Of a DNA stretch of 64,000 nucleotides, positions 48,240 to 59,333 are shown one piece after another; the stretch's first letter is position 1; each line of letters starts with the position of its first letter. Where the stretch lies: the NCBI GenBank assembly GCA_964106915.2, contig OZ066927.1. One strand, given 5' to 3'. Below the pieces are notes generated by a model. The model did not search any database. It was not told the DNA's origin and saw nothing but the letters and a program-made list of their open reading frames with translations. The stretch comes from Podarcis gaigeae. Taxonomy: Eukaryota. The translations under genes and the position numbers were made by a program.

Positions 48240-51200
48240 AATTTATTTATATGCCACTCATCTGGATTCGGTTACCCAAGCCACTCTCAAGGTAACAGGG
48301 GTGATAGGTGGGATCCAGGCCAAAAGACTGGCTTCAGGGAGTCTCCACTCTTGAGGATCTGGGGGAGAGACTGAAAGAGTGGGGAGATCTGGCCCAAGAC
48401 CAGGGGTCCTCAAACTATGGTCCATGGGTCAGTTCCGGCCCGCCAGGGTCCTAAATCCAACTTGCCCAGCCATTGCAGAACCCAAAAGAGAAGAGGAAGC
48501 AGCGGAGGGGAGGAGGGTGTTTATGAGGCACCTGCTGCCTGCCTCAGCCCTCCCACTCCTCCTCAGCTGGGCTGCCCTCCTCCTGCGAACAGTGGTGGGG
48601 GCGCAGTGGGGCCGGACCATGCAGTGGCAGTGGAGCCTCCTTCCTGTGAGGAGAAGCAGGGGGACTCACCTCCTCATTCCCCCTCACTTGAATGGGCAGG
48701 TGTTTTATTTTGGGGTGGGGGAGGAAAGGTGAGGAGGGTTCTTCCCCCTTCCACAACCACTTCCCTCCTAACAGTCAGGAAAGGGGAGGGGGCGAGCCGG
48801 ATGTTTAGGGGGTGCTGTTGGGTGGGAGGTTGTGTGGAGCAAACACCCCCCTTCCCCAATGCTGCTCAGGCCCCCTGCTGACAACCTGCGTGGTCTCCAC
48901 TGTCAGCCCTCGACTGCCATAGCCTTGGGGTGGGATAGCAGGCATCTCTTTCCCTCCCTCTTGCTCCCACAGGAGTATCTCGCCCTTTCCCCTTCAAAGG
49001 TGTGTGCATTGAAATGGGAGTTTGTGTGTAACAGCACATTTTCGTAGCCTTCGGTGGCCTAACCCCAAAATATTTTATGCAAATGCAGGAACTTCGAGAG
49101 GGAATCCCTCTAGCCCACCTCACCCCCAGCTTGGGCCTGGCTTGTTTATGTTGATTAAAATTGTTCTTCATTTTAAATATTGTATTGTTTTTTCCTGTTT
49201 TTTGTGTACTACAAATAAAATACTTGCAGTGTGCATAGGAATTCGTTCGTGTGTTTTTTCAAACTATAGTCCGGCCCCCAACAGTGTCTGAGGGACAGTG
49301 AACTGGCCCCCTGTTTAAAAAGTTTGAGGACCCCAGCCCTATACAAACATAAAATGTCAGTGGGGTGCAGCATCTCCAAGCTGCCAGTTTGGAGCTGTCC
49401 ATGGTGCTGCGACTGCAGCCTGAGGCTGCTTCCTAGCCCCCAACTTGGATTCCTTCCCCCAACTTGGAGGAGCCCATTGTGTCCCATAGACTCTCCCTTG
49501 GAGCTGGGTCAGATGCCACTAGCATCCCAGTGCACTCTAGGAAAGAGTAAGGCTGACAGCAGGCAGAGCTCTGCTCCTATTTCTGAAGCCACCAGGAGAC
49601 AGCACATCACCCCAGAAGCCTCCCTCAAGGCTGACAGTAGCTCTGGGCACAAATGCAAATCTCAAAAATTAAGATAAACAAGGTGGGCACTGACCTTTGA
49701 CCTCTGATGAAAAATGTGCAAGATGACGTGTAACAAACAGTCTCAGTTGCTGATTAAGGTCACAGGAAGAGAGGTCAATGTCCCATGAGCGAAGACCTGT
49801 TGAGAGAAAGGGAGAGAGGAATGAGTTCATGTGCTCTCCTGGAAGAGACCAAAGGTGTACACTATGATTCTGAGGAACACAGGCCTGACTTGTACCTTGG
49901 GTGAGGAAGTGGGTTTGACCACCCAGTAGAACCAGAGTCCTTTTCTGTGCATTGGATGCTTTGCTCCTTGGATGAGAGTCCAACTCTAGTCCAAGCTTCT
50001 ACTGCCTAATCACTTTCCCAAAGCCTCTGAGCATCCTGATAGCCTCAGAGTTTGCTCTTTAATCCATGTAATCTATGAGGGCTAATCACCTTCCTATCCC
50101 AGCAGGGTGCTCAGTCTGTCCTTCCAAACAGAAGTTTAGCCTCTCCAGGTAATCCATGTGGCTTCCCCATCGTGCGGCGGGAGTCACCTTCAGGTCCATG
50201 AGGTGAGTTTCTTCCACACTGTCCAGAGAATATTCCTTCATAGGGACTGTTTGCCTCAGCCAAATGGCACTATGGAAAGCTGAAGAATGGGCTTGTGTAT
50301 GTCCTATTTCATTTAGCACAGATTTATACTACGCTGCAGTCATGTACATTGCACTGACCAGCTTCATCAATGCTGATCAGCTTCATCAATGCTGATCAGC
50401 TTCATCGATGTTGCCTTGCTAAAGCAGTTTTAGTCCTAAAAGTAGGCCAGAAGTGAGATGAAAGAAGTCCATAACATCAGCACCATTTAGAAATATTTGG
50501 AGCCGGGTCCTTATCACCAATTCAAGCACCTGTATCAATGAGTAAGGCTGGACACACAAAGAACTGGAAGGTACCTCAGCTCAGCCCCACTTGTCAGTCT
50601 TCTGCTAAAGCATCTATGATGGGTGACCATACAACTTGCACTAAAAAATCAAGGAGAGCCTTCGAAGGCAGTCTCTTTTTTATTATTTTTTAAAATATTT
50701 ATTGAAGTTTGACAATTACAAAGAAAGAAAAACAAACAGTAATAATAATAGAAAAGATTACAATACTTCAAAAATACAGGAAAATACAATGCTAAAAAAA
50801 AGAAAAAGAGAGAAAAAAAGGAAAAAGGAAAAAGAGAAAACCCAAAAACAATACAGCTAAGCAATAACATTTAAAAACAATAACATCCAGTATTTTCATA
50901 TCTTTATCTTTCATTTACTTATTTCCATGACTTCCTCACACCTCCCTTTTTGTATTCTTAATTCATAATTGTTTCAGCAAGTCCTTTCCCTCTTTCTCAA
51001 ATTTTATTCCATAATTTATCTTAACGCAATTTAACCTTAAATTATACACTTTAACCCATTAACAATCCATTTTAATTTAATTCTTTATAACCTTTCTGCT
51101 AAGACCATGTAGGTTCATTCCAGCATCTTTCTAACATTCATTAATTTTACAATACTTTTTTAAATATACTTTAATTTTTTTCCAATCTTCTTCCATCGAC

Positions 51201-54200
51201 TCTTCTCCCTGGTCTCGGATTCTGCCAGTCATTTCCGCCATTTCTATGTAGTCCATCAGTTTCATCTGCCATTCTTCCCTGGTGGGTAGATCTTGCGTCC
51301 TCCAATACTTTGCAATAAGTATTCTTGCTGCTGTTGTGGCATACATAAAGAAAGTTCTATCCTTCTTTGGCACCAATTGGCCGACCATGCCCAGGAGAAA
51401 AGCCTCTGCTTTCTTCAGAAAGGTATATTTAAATACCTTTTTCATTTCATTATAGATCATCTCCCAGAATGCCTTGATCTTTGGGCATGTCCACCAAAGG
51501 TGAAAGAAAGTACCTTCTGTCTCCTTACATTTCCAGCATTTATTATCAGGCAAATGGTAAATTTTTGCAAGCTTGACTGGTGTTATGTACCACCTAGAGA
51601 TCATTTTCATTAAATTCTCTTTAAGGCATTACATGCCGTAAATTTCATACCAGTGGTCCATAACTGTTCCCAGTCAGCCAACATAATATTATGTCCAACA
51701 TCTTGTGCCCATTTAATCATAGCTGATTTCACCATTTCATCTTGAGTATTCCATTTCAACAGCAAGTTATACATTCTTGACAAATTCTTAACTTTAGAGT
51801 CTAACAGTTCTGTTTCCAATTTGGATTTTTCCACCTGGAAACCAATTTTTTTGTCCAAATTATATGCCTCCATTATTTGATAGTAATGGAGCCAGTCTCG
51901 CACTCTATTTTTTAATTTTTCAAAACTCTGCAATTTTAGTCTGTCTCCCTCTTGTTCCAAAATCTCCCAATACTTCGGCCATTCCAAGGCAGTCTCTTCC
52001 ACCACTGAAAGCTCTTTCTAACGGTTAGTAGAAATCCTGTTTCCTATAATTTTAACCTATTAGTTCAGGTCCTATTCTCTGGAGAAATAAATTGCACCAT
52101 TATCTATGTGACACTCTTTAAGTATATGAACATGGTTTTGTCTCATCTCACCTCTTAATCGTCTCTTCTCCTGGCTAAACATACCCACTTCCTTCATCTT
52201 TTCCTCATAGGATGTGGTTCCCAGGGGCCTCACTATCTTTGTTGCCCATTTCTGGGCACATTCCAGTTGGGCACTGCTTCAGCTGCTGTGCCCACCACAG
52301 CTGGACACAGGTAGGTCTAGATGAGGTCTGACTAAAGCAGAATAGGGTGCCATCATTAGTTTTGTGGTGTGGACATTTTATACATTAGTTAATGCAGTCT
52401 AGAACTGTATTAGCTTTTTTAGTTACTGCATTGGATTGCTGATTTATATTTAGCTCATGGTGATGGTCCAAGCAAGGTTTATTTGGCAGCAACTTCCAAC
52501 AGAGCACAGATGTGGGAAACTTTGTCTCTCCATGCATCTGTCTTCACCCTCTGGCTGCAACAACTGAAACTCATCCAAGCAAGTGCTACCAGATGCAGCC
52601 AAGGCAGCAGCCCATATTTTTACAGTATTCAAAGCAGAACCCAATTCGAAGTTATTTGCAAGTGAATTACAGTGGACTACTGAAGATTTATGACCACAAG
52701 CTCCCTGGAGTACCAGGGGACTGACCTGGAGCTAAAGTATTTATTTTTTCTAACACTATTGGGCTTAATTTGTTTGAATAGACCGGGGGGGGGGAGGAAG
52801 GGGGGGAGAGCACCTTTCAGTGCAATGGGGCACCCTGAATGAAATGCATCTCTTCTACCCTGGGCTATCCAGCCTCAGGTTCTGGTCAAAATTGTACATA
52901 GAATATTCCAATTTCAATAAAGACTAAATGAACTTGGATAATAAAGAATGAAACTGGGACCACCCAAGTCAGGCTCTCTAGTGGATTGGAGTTTTTAAGG
53001 TTATTTAAAATGTACAAGACATACACACAAGAAACAAGCATGTTCAATTTGAAAATGACAGAACAATTTAAGACCAAACAATATGCACTAATTTCAGTTG
53101 CATACATTGTAATCTACACTCCATACAAAACAGATTTCCTCATTATGTTCCCTAACATTCAGTTTATCATGGTGCTGCTGGAATGAATGAAGTGAAATAG
53201 TGGGAATCAGGAAAACGTCCCTCAAGGACCTTCAAGTCTTCCTTGAATTTAGGAGAGGAGCTAAAAGGTTTTTTTAAAAAAACTAATATTATTAAAGCTT
53301 GAAAAACAAACAAGGAATAAACAATATAAAGAATTCAACATTAAATTTCCAGCATTTTTAAACATAAAAGCTAAAATAAATAAGTTACAGAAAAAGAAGG
53401 AAAAAAGAAAATACTTCCAATTCTCCATCTATTAGTTTTAAAAGCTCGTGCAAAAACTTACTCCATAATAACATCCAACTCTTCTACTTTACATAAACCA
53501 ACTTTTTTCAGTCTTCAAAATGTCAACAATGATTTTTCTTTAACATGTCAACTTTGCAATCTCAGCCAAATCCATTAATTTCAATAACCATTCTTTCATA
53601 GTAGGTAATAGTAAGTTCTTCTGTCTTTGTTGTGCTTATTAAAATCTCACTGCTGTGATCATATATTGTATTCCATATTCTTTTTCTAGTTGTACAGCCA
53701 TTAGTCCCAGCAGGAAGAGTTCTGGTTTCAGGTGAACAAGAGGAGCAAATAGTTCTGAATAGGTGTCAGAGGTCAGTAATGGATTGGATGGGGGCTTATA
53801 TACTATGTGAGTCCAGGCAAGGCAGAACTGCTGTGGAGAGGAATTTCATCTAAGCCAGAATGGTATAGAAGTTAGAGTGTCAGAGTAGGACCTGGGAGAC
53901 CAGGGTTCAAATCCCCAATTGGCCATGATGCTCACTGGGTAACCAGGGGTCATCACTGCTTCTCAACCTAACCTATCTCACAAGGCTGTTGTGGGAATTA
54001 AATGAAGAAGGAGGGGTATGATGTAAAAGGTAAAGGTAAAGGCACCCCTGCCCGTACGGGTCAGTCGTGACCGACTCTGGGGTTGCGTGCTCATCTCGCT
54101 TAAGAGGCCGGGAGCCAGCGCTGTCCGAAGAAACTTCTGGGTCACGTGGCCAGTGTGACGAAGCTGCTCTGGCGAGCCAGCACCAGCGCAGCGCACGGAA

Positions 54201-57200
54201 ACACCGTTTACCTTCCCTCTATAAAGCGGTACCTATTTATCTACTTGCACTTAGGGGTGCTTTCGAACTGCTAGGTGGGCAGGAGCTGGGACCGAACAAC
54301 GGGAGCTCACCCCGCCGCAGGGATTCGAACTGCCGACCATACGATTGGCAAGGCCTAGGCACTGAGGTTTTACCCACAGCGCCACCTGCGGTATGATGTA
54401 CACCACCTCAAACTCCATGGAGGAAATGGAGAGTTATAAATGCAATAAATTAATAAACAAATAAAATGTGACTAGGAAGACAGTTTTGGCCTGTTCTGAA
54501 TGGGATTATACACCCCTTAAGGATCAAGCACAGAATTTTGGAGTGCTGTTAAATCCTTCTAATAGTTTGGATATCCTGGGGCATCTGCATCATCAGACTA
54601 GTCAGGTTCACTAGCTGTGACCCCTTGCCACTATTGCCCATCTATCTTTAGATTATATTTGAAGACAATGCAAAAATGTAAAATGCTGCAGTTTAGGTTA
54701 CTGCTTGGTACTAGTAATGAGGAACACACCATTATGTTCAAAAATAGCTCCAGATTTCCTATTTTCCCAGGTAAACTGCTAGTCTTAACCTTTAAAATCA
54801 TTTATGCCTTAGAACCTTGGTGTCTGGAAGACCACCCACTCCTATGCAAACCTTCTTCTGCCTATAGAAGCAAGGCAGGTGGTAGCTGGAGAGATTATGT
54901 CCCATCACTGCAATGCCCTCCATATACAGCTGCTCCACACGTTTGCTAAGTTTTCAGTGCCAGATAAAGACTGCTTCATTTGTAGGAGCTTTTCATGAGC
55001 AACATTTTAATTTTATTTGCTGAATTGTGTACAGCCTGTTTTATCTTCCTTATTATGCTGTCCAACTTATTTTATTTCCACTGATCTTTTGAGTTAAAAA
55101 TTAATAATAATGTGCTATTCCATTTACAGTACATTGTGCTCTGTTTTACCAGCATTGTGCATTGCTTTAGAAATTATTTAAATTTAAAAACAAGAGATAT
55201 GCATTTTTGAAATTAAATAAGAATAAAGCAATGCCCTTCTAGACTTACAAAGACAGCCCCTCTCCAAAAACCCTGCAGTGTAAGACTGCTTTAAAAGGAT
55301 TCAGCCAACCACAGGGGAGGAAAATAAAAGAAAAGGAGGTGATTTCCATGTGTCCAAAGGAGGAGTCAACCACAGTGGCAATTCCTCTTTCATTCCCTTG
55401 AAATGACCCATTCACATTGACAAGGTGCTACAAATATCACCCTAAGGAGAGACAAGAGGGCTGCCTTTACTCCATTCCTGGAGAATGCCAGGTAAGAAAA
55501 GAGCCCTCACCTACTTCCTGCTCACTAAGGAGGCACTTTCATGCTGCTCCTGCTTCACACTCACTGCAGAGAGAAAGTCCAGGAACTAGCAGGAAAGAAA
55601 GCTGCACTGCAGCACCAACTACACACCACAGCAGCAGCTGCAGCAGCCACTACCTGCCTCTTTCCAAGCTTGCCAGCTTGCTTCCATCTGCTCCCCTTAT
55701 GTGCAGCAAGAAAGATGTGGGTTTCCCATAAGTTGCTGAAAATCAGAGCTGCAACTAGGAGGTCCTTGAATAGCACTGCAGTGTCAATCCCATGACACTG
55801 ATTTGCATTCTTGGGGGAGGGCCAATATGGGACATTTTGCTGGCAGCAGCTGGGCAAACACCAGCCACACCCTCCAGGCTGCAGAGAAGGGGAACCTTCC
55901 TCACTTACCTGGATACATGGTCAGTGGGGTTGCATGCCTTTCCCCCCTGCCAGGCTGGAGTTCCTGAGGAGAGAGGGCATTAAGGGTTCCACCCCAGCTG
56001 TAAAGCCTTATTGGGAGTGCACTTACTGTCTCATTCCTTATGCCCTTAGCAGGAATGATCACAGTATGTGCTTTGTATTTGTTTACTCCTAGCTTTATAC
56101 TCCATCATTCCCACCAGTTCAAGCAGCAGCAGCATTGTGCCAGATAAAAATACAACTACAAGTCAGTTTTCTTAAGAAAAAGTCATACCAGACAAACTTC
56201 ATCTACCTCCCCATTTTTACAACTAACTTGATAGAACAGGGGGATGGTACAAGATGTAGCTTAGCTTGTTTTCAGCAAGGCTTCCAACAAGCTCCTCCAC
56301 AATATTCTTGTTGACAAGCTGCTAAAATGTGTGATAGACTAAGCTTGGGGACTCTCGGATTCAGGGACAGAATAGAGACTTCCAGAACTCCTTATCCAAC
56401 TCTTTAGACTTTCCCCAAGCCAAAACCCTCAAGAGCTCTGGATCCAGTTCCTCCTGTAGGGTTTTTGCCTGGCTGAAATGTGCCCTTGAATTGTGTCAGT
56501 GGATGGAGAAGGGTGTGTGGGGAAATCATTGGCTTGTTTGTGGCAGGGCTGTAGTCTATTGTACTAAGAAGAGTCACATCTGTTGCTCATTTTGCTTCTA
56601 GTCCTGCTCGCCTTTGGCAAACAGTTCCCAGAATGCTGCCTATGAAGGTTCCCCACCCCCACATGAAAGACACTGCTACTGTTAGGCAGATGTGTAGCTA
56701 GTGGCTCAACAACTTTGTATAAAAGACTTGGACACAAAAAGTAGAGAAAATGTTCATCAAATCAGTAGATAACACCAAACCAACAAAATTCAAGGTGAGT
56801 CTAGCATGATGAAGAACTGGACCAAAGTAACAAATTTAATTTCAACACAGATAAATGCAACATTATGCATTTAGGTAGGAAAATCAAGACACACAAGTGC
56901 AGGATGGAAAGCACCTGGCTTGACAGTAGAGCCAGGTTTCTTAGCACACCATGAGCTAAAAATGAGCCAGCAATGTGATGCCGCTACTAAAAAGGCTAAT
57001 ACAATTCTAGGCTACAACGGAAACATAGTGTCTGGATCACGAGAAGCTATGGGACCGCTAAATTCTGCTTTGGTCAGTCCTGTACTACTGTGCACTGCAG
57101 CAGTTTAAGAAGAAAGGACTAATAGACGAAAACGATGACAGTTCCCGGTCTCTCCCATAGATGACAGAGCAAATTTGTCTTCAGTTACTCCCCAACCGGC

Positions 57201-57805
57201 AAGATCAAAATAGCAAGAAGACTGACCGCCAGGTGGATCTTCCAGGGAGCGGCGCCTCGGGGGCTCCTGCCCAGGCGGCAGCGGGCAACGAGAAGGGTCC
57301 GGCCAGAAGAAACCAGCCCAGAGGCTCTGCACCTCACGACCGCTCAGCGAGCTTCCTGCGGCGGCGGCTGGGCCTGGCGACCCGCTTTCCCTTCCTCCTC
57401 TTGGCGGCCAGTGTCCCGCCCCCTCCCCGCCACGGACTCTCCAGGGATGGGGACGCCGCCGCTCTTGGGAATTCCGGTCCAGGGAGCGCCGCGCCAGGGC
57501 CAGATCCAACCGGTCACGCGCCCCTCAGGGGCTCCCGACGGCGGCTAATCAGCAGGCCCTCTCCAGGGTGCTGAACGCGCAGACGGCGGCTGCAGCGGCG
57601 GCTTCCGGCAAGCCTCCCCCTCTCCCTCCCTCCGCCCGTCCTTACCGCGCTCGAGGCTCCGGCGCAGCGTTTCCCGCTCTTGCTCGGTGCCGACCTCGCC
57701 GATCACGGCAAGCACCGCGTGGCCCCGCCGCTGCCTCCCCCGCCTCTCGCTGCCGGGCGCCGCCGGCGTCTCCATGGCGACAGGCCCGGCCGCCGGCGTC
57801 CCCAT
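24323..57805 (-). CDS. MAP1A: Microtubule-associated protein 1A, long isoform (heavy chain plus light chain LC2 precursor), about 3,063 aa
   Basis: 7 exons in phase: 57805-57646, 49796-49695 (102 nt), 35661-35579 (83 nt), 35009-34869 (141 nt), 34273-25957 (8317 nt), 25233-25001, 24478-24323; total 9192 nt. MAP1-family motifs: FLKLSKPCCYIFPGGRGDSALFAVNGFN, KKE repeats, YVDLAYIPNH, C-terminal FPACKIEF. MDGVSEFAEYV and synteny identify MAP1A. Confidence 0.96.
25001..25233 (-). CDS. MAP1A: MAP1A exon 6 (LC2 region: PPIYVDLAYIPNHCSGK...WGENLQ)
   Basis: ctaag| acceptor, |gtacgg donor. Confidence 0.92.
25957..34273 (-). CDS. MAP1A: MAP1A giant exon 5 (8,317 nt); includes the short-isoform start ATG at 34123 (MDGVSEF)
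   Basis: gtag| acceptor, |gtaaga donor; uninterrupted frame of ORF 25757-34222. Confidence 0.96.
34869..35009 (-). CDS. MAP1A: MAP1A exon 4 (VHSLICDPSAYKLLVLCGQS...ILADPE)
   Basis: acag| acceptor, |gtaaat donor, 141 nt. Confidence 0.92.
35579..35661 (-). CDS. MAP1A: MAP1A exon 3 (GQRTLHHQSEDLDTVILVNPDEQSTVSE)
   Basis: ctag| acceptor, |gtaaag donor, 83 nt. Confidence 0.92.
39965..40560 (+). mobile_element. CR1 LINE remnants
   Basis: VQPHLEYCVLFW..LEKVQKWAT RT C-terminal motif and FRTDKRK-like segment; interrupted by (GA)n. Confidence 0.75.
40253..40286. repeat. (GA)n microsatellite
   Basis: Direct inspection. Confidence 0.9.
41190..41385 (-). mobile_element. Degenerate tRNA-derived SINE with CR1-like tail (Squam2-like)
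   Basis: ggaagc..gccttatac..agacca..ggtccatc..ctcagt and cctgggaccttttgca resemble a recalled squamate SINE. Confidence 0.55.
42560..43720 (-). promoter_or_regulatory. Intronic CpG island: MAP1A internal promoter with alternative first exon ending at 43414
   Basis: Isolated CpG island in intron 2; GC box and TTAA at about 43545-43580; donor CGG|gtacgt at 43414/43413 on -. Confidence 0.7.
46726..46820 (+). mobile_element. CR1 3' terminus
   Basis: ccttccaactctacaattctatgattcta tail; a similar end lies at 21270-21358. Confidence 0.75.
47341..47408. repeat. 22-bp inverted repeat with 24-nt spacer
   Basis: GAGACGTCAACAAAGAGTGTTG ... CAACACTCTTTGTTGACATCTC. Confidence 0.9.
47769..47877. mobile_element. 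Internally deleted hAT MITE, 109 bp
   Basis: CAGTG...CACTG termini; perfect 8-bp TSD GTTGTAGG (47761-68, 47878-85). Confidence 0.8.
48200..48239. repeat. (GAT)n microsatellite
   Basis: Direct inspection. Confidence 0.95.
48401..49336. mobile_element. Non-autonomous hAT transposon, OposCharlie1/OC1-like ends
   Basis: TIR CAGGGGTCCTCAAACT / AGTTTGAGGACCCCAG; decayed 8-bp TSD cccaagac/ccctatac; the 3' end matches the recalled OC1-type terminus. Confidence 0.75.
49695..49796 (-). CDS. MAP1A: MAP1A exon 2 (GLRSWDIDLSSCDLNQQLRLFVTRHLAHFSSEVK)
   Basis: acag| acceptor, |gtcagt donor, 102 nt; MAP1-family GIRSWD motif. Confidence 0.92.
50359..50410. repeat. 19-bp tandem repeat CAGCTTCATCAATGCTGAT, about 2.7 copies
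   Basis: Direct inspection. Confidence 0.9.
50678..51985 (-). mobile_element. Young 5'-truncated L1 (ORF2 C-terminus plus 3'UTR)
   Basis: Zinc knuckle CWKC..FFHLWWTCP; one frameshift at about 51610; perfect 13-bp TSD AAGGCAGTCTCTT (50665-77, 51986-98). Confidence 0.92.
52040..52460 (-). mobile_element. CR1 3' region, degenerate
   Basis: cttctcctggctaaacatacccacttccttca..ttcctcatagga is typical of reverse-oriented CR1. Confidence 0.6.
53268..53737 (-). mobile_element. Older L1 3' fragment
   Basis: PELFLLG-type ORF2 C-terminal remnant and T-rich tail; degenerate flanking repeat agaggagc. Confidence 0.65.
53852..54466 (+). mobile_element. tRNA-derived Squam3-like SINE, interrupted by a Sauria SINE
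   Basis: A-box TGGTATAGAAG, B-box GGTTCAAATCC, L2-like 3' end and (TAAA)n tail. Confidence 0.8.
54026..54389 (-). mobile_element. Sauria SINE (full length)
   Basis: (ACCTTT)n tail, B-box GTTCGAATCC on -, characteristic core; TSD GGTATGATGTA at 54015-25 and 54390-400. Confidence 0.92.
54485..54990 (+). mobile_element. Old L2 LINE remnant
   Basis: Degenerate NLGVLLD-like and KLLVLTFK..AL segments; a similar remnant lies at 39660-39900. Confidence 0.5.
56222..57090 (+). mobile_element. CR1 RT remnants, interrupted
   Basis: FSKA..K, DKC..MHLG and MSQQCDAATKKANTILG motifs. Confidence 0.75.
57646..57805 (-). CDS. MAP1A: MAP1A coding exon 1 (MGTPAAGPVAMETPAAPG...HAVLAVIGEVGTEQERETLRRSLER)
   Basis: ATGs at 57805 and 57775, |gtaagg donor; resembles the MAP1B exon 1 LVVVGEI motif; lies in a CpG island. 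Confidence 0.85.
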
Positions 57806-57811
57806 AGCAAC
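57768..57811 (-). promoter_or_regulatory. Two RFX X-box-like sites overlapping the MAP1A start codons
   Basis: GTTGCTATGGGGAC (57811-57798) and GTCGCCATGGAGAC (57781-57768), versus consensus GTTGCCATGGCAAC. Confidence 0.7.
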
Positions 57812-59222
57812 TGGTCCCCAACTCCGCAGATGCCGCAGCAGCCTCCTGCGCGCGCCTCTTAAGGGGAGAGCCGGCCGCGCGAGGATTGGCTCCTCAGAAC
57901 GCACGTGCCCTACGAGGCGCTGGGGCGGGGATTCACGTGGCCCCGCCCCTCGAGGGCGTCCCCGCCCACCTACCCAGGCGTGCTTAGTCACAGAAGGGGC
58001 GGGGCTCTTTCCACTCCCCGCGTCGAACGAGCTGGGAGGGGCGGGGCGGAATTGCATCTTCCTTCGCCTCTCCTGGAGAGATATACACGCTTCTTCCAGG
58101 ACCCGAGGCGATCCCAGCCGCTGTCCTGCAGCCCAACAGGCGCTTATCTCTGTTAGCGGAGCCCCCTCCTCTACGCGCCAGGGTTTGATCCAGCTTTTGC
58201 TCCTGCTGCTGGGCTCCGGTGATGTACCCCCAGCCGGCACCAAGGAATGAGGGCGACCCTTCCCTCTTTTCATCGGGTGGGGCAAGGGAGAGCGAACCCC
58301 TTTGCCTGCCGCGAGAAGGCGACCCCTCCCCGCCGGCCCGAGGTCTGCCCCCCCCCCTCAGTCAGACCAGGGGCCTCCAAACGAGCGGAGATGGGGAAGC
58401 TGCCTTGGCCCCCAGCTGCAGCGCCTGTCTACAATGCAGAGTGAGGGGCGGCAACCCGCGGGGCCCCTGCAATGCTGGTGACCCTATAGCCCTCCTTCCT
58501 CAGAAGGGCAGCCCTGCCAGCCAGTTCCCCGACCTTCCTCTTTTACCTCCACTCTGGCAGCTGGTGTCCATCCCCAAGGGGCTGCAGGTTCTTGGCAGGG
58601 CAGAAGGTGGTGCTGAGCATTGAGGGCTTCTTAGCTTCGAAAGAAGAAAGACAGCAGAGGAGTGATAGATTATACATGGTGTGGAGAAAGGGGACAGCTG
58701 CCCTTTGCCTTCTTTCAAAATACTAGATCCTAGGGACATACAGTGAAGCTGAACACTGGAAGATTCAGGTCAGACAAAAGGGGAAAAAATTCACATGGCC
58801 GTAGTTAAATGATGGAATTCACTTCCACAACAATAATTTTAAAAATATTATTTATATGCCACCCATCTGACTGGGTTGCCCCAACCACTCTGGGCAGTTT
58901 CTAGAAAATTATAAAACCACAGTAAAACATCGCACACTATAGGTGTGACGATGGACCAGAACTCAGATGCCTTTGAAAGGGAATATAAAAATATGGAAGA
59001 CAGTCACCTTGTGTTTTGTCTGTTGTCGGACACTCCTTGGGGCACCTGATGGGCCACTGTGGGAAATCAGAAGCTGGACCAAATGAATCCTCAATAGGGC
59101 ACTTCTAGCTCTTTTTCTTCAAAGAACCTGAAGTGGGCTGCTGATTTAAGCCGGGAAACAGCACTGAGGGGAGAGCTTTTAATTCTCTCCCCCTGCCCTT
59201 TCCTCAATTGTAAGAATATTCC

Positions 59223-59333
59223 TAATAATAATAATAATAATAATTTATTTTTTGTACCCCGCCCATCTGGCTGGATTTCCCCAGCCACTTTGGGCGGCTT
59301 CCAACAAAGATTAAAAATACATTAAAATGTCAC
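59223..59333 (-). mobile_element. LINE 3' end with (TTA)n tail; related copies at about 58845-58905 and 48200-48290
   Basis: Shared ccgcccatctggctgg..ccccagccact.tgggcggc motif next to microsatellite tails. Confidence 0.55.

Larger units (their letters stand above)
57220..58470. promoter_or_regulatory. CpG island / MAP1A distal promoter
   Basis: Very high GC and CpG; CCAAT (57885-57889 on -), E-boxes CACGTG at 57902 and 57934, GC boxes at 57922 and 57941; spans MAP1A exon 1. Confidence 0.85.

Noticed and set aside
48109-48354. ORF with a poly-Met run
   Set aside because: Translation of a (GAT)n microsatellite tail.
50359-50410. Short direct repeats as a possible CRISPR-like array
   Set aside because: Head-to-tail 19-bp slippage repeat without spacers, in a vertebrate intron.
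53860-53925. tRNA-like sequence with A and B boxes
   Set aside because: SINE head followed by SINE body and tail; no intact cloverleaf.
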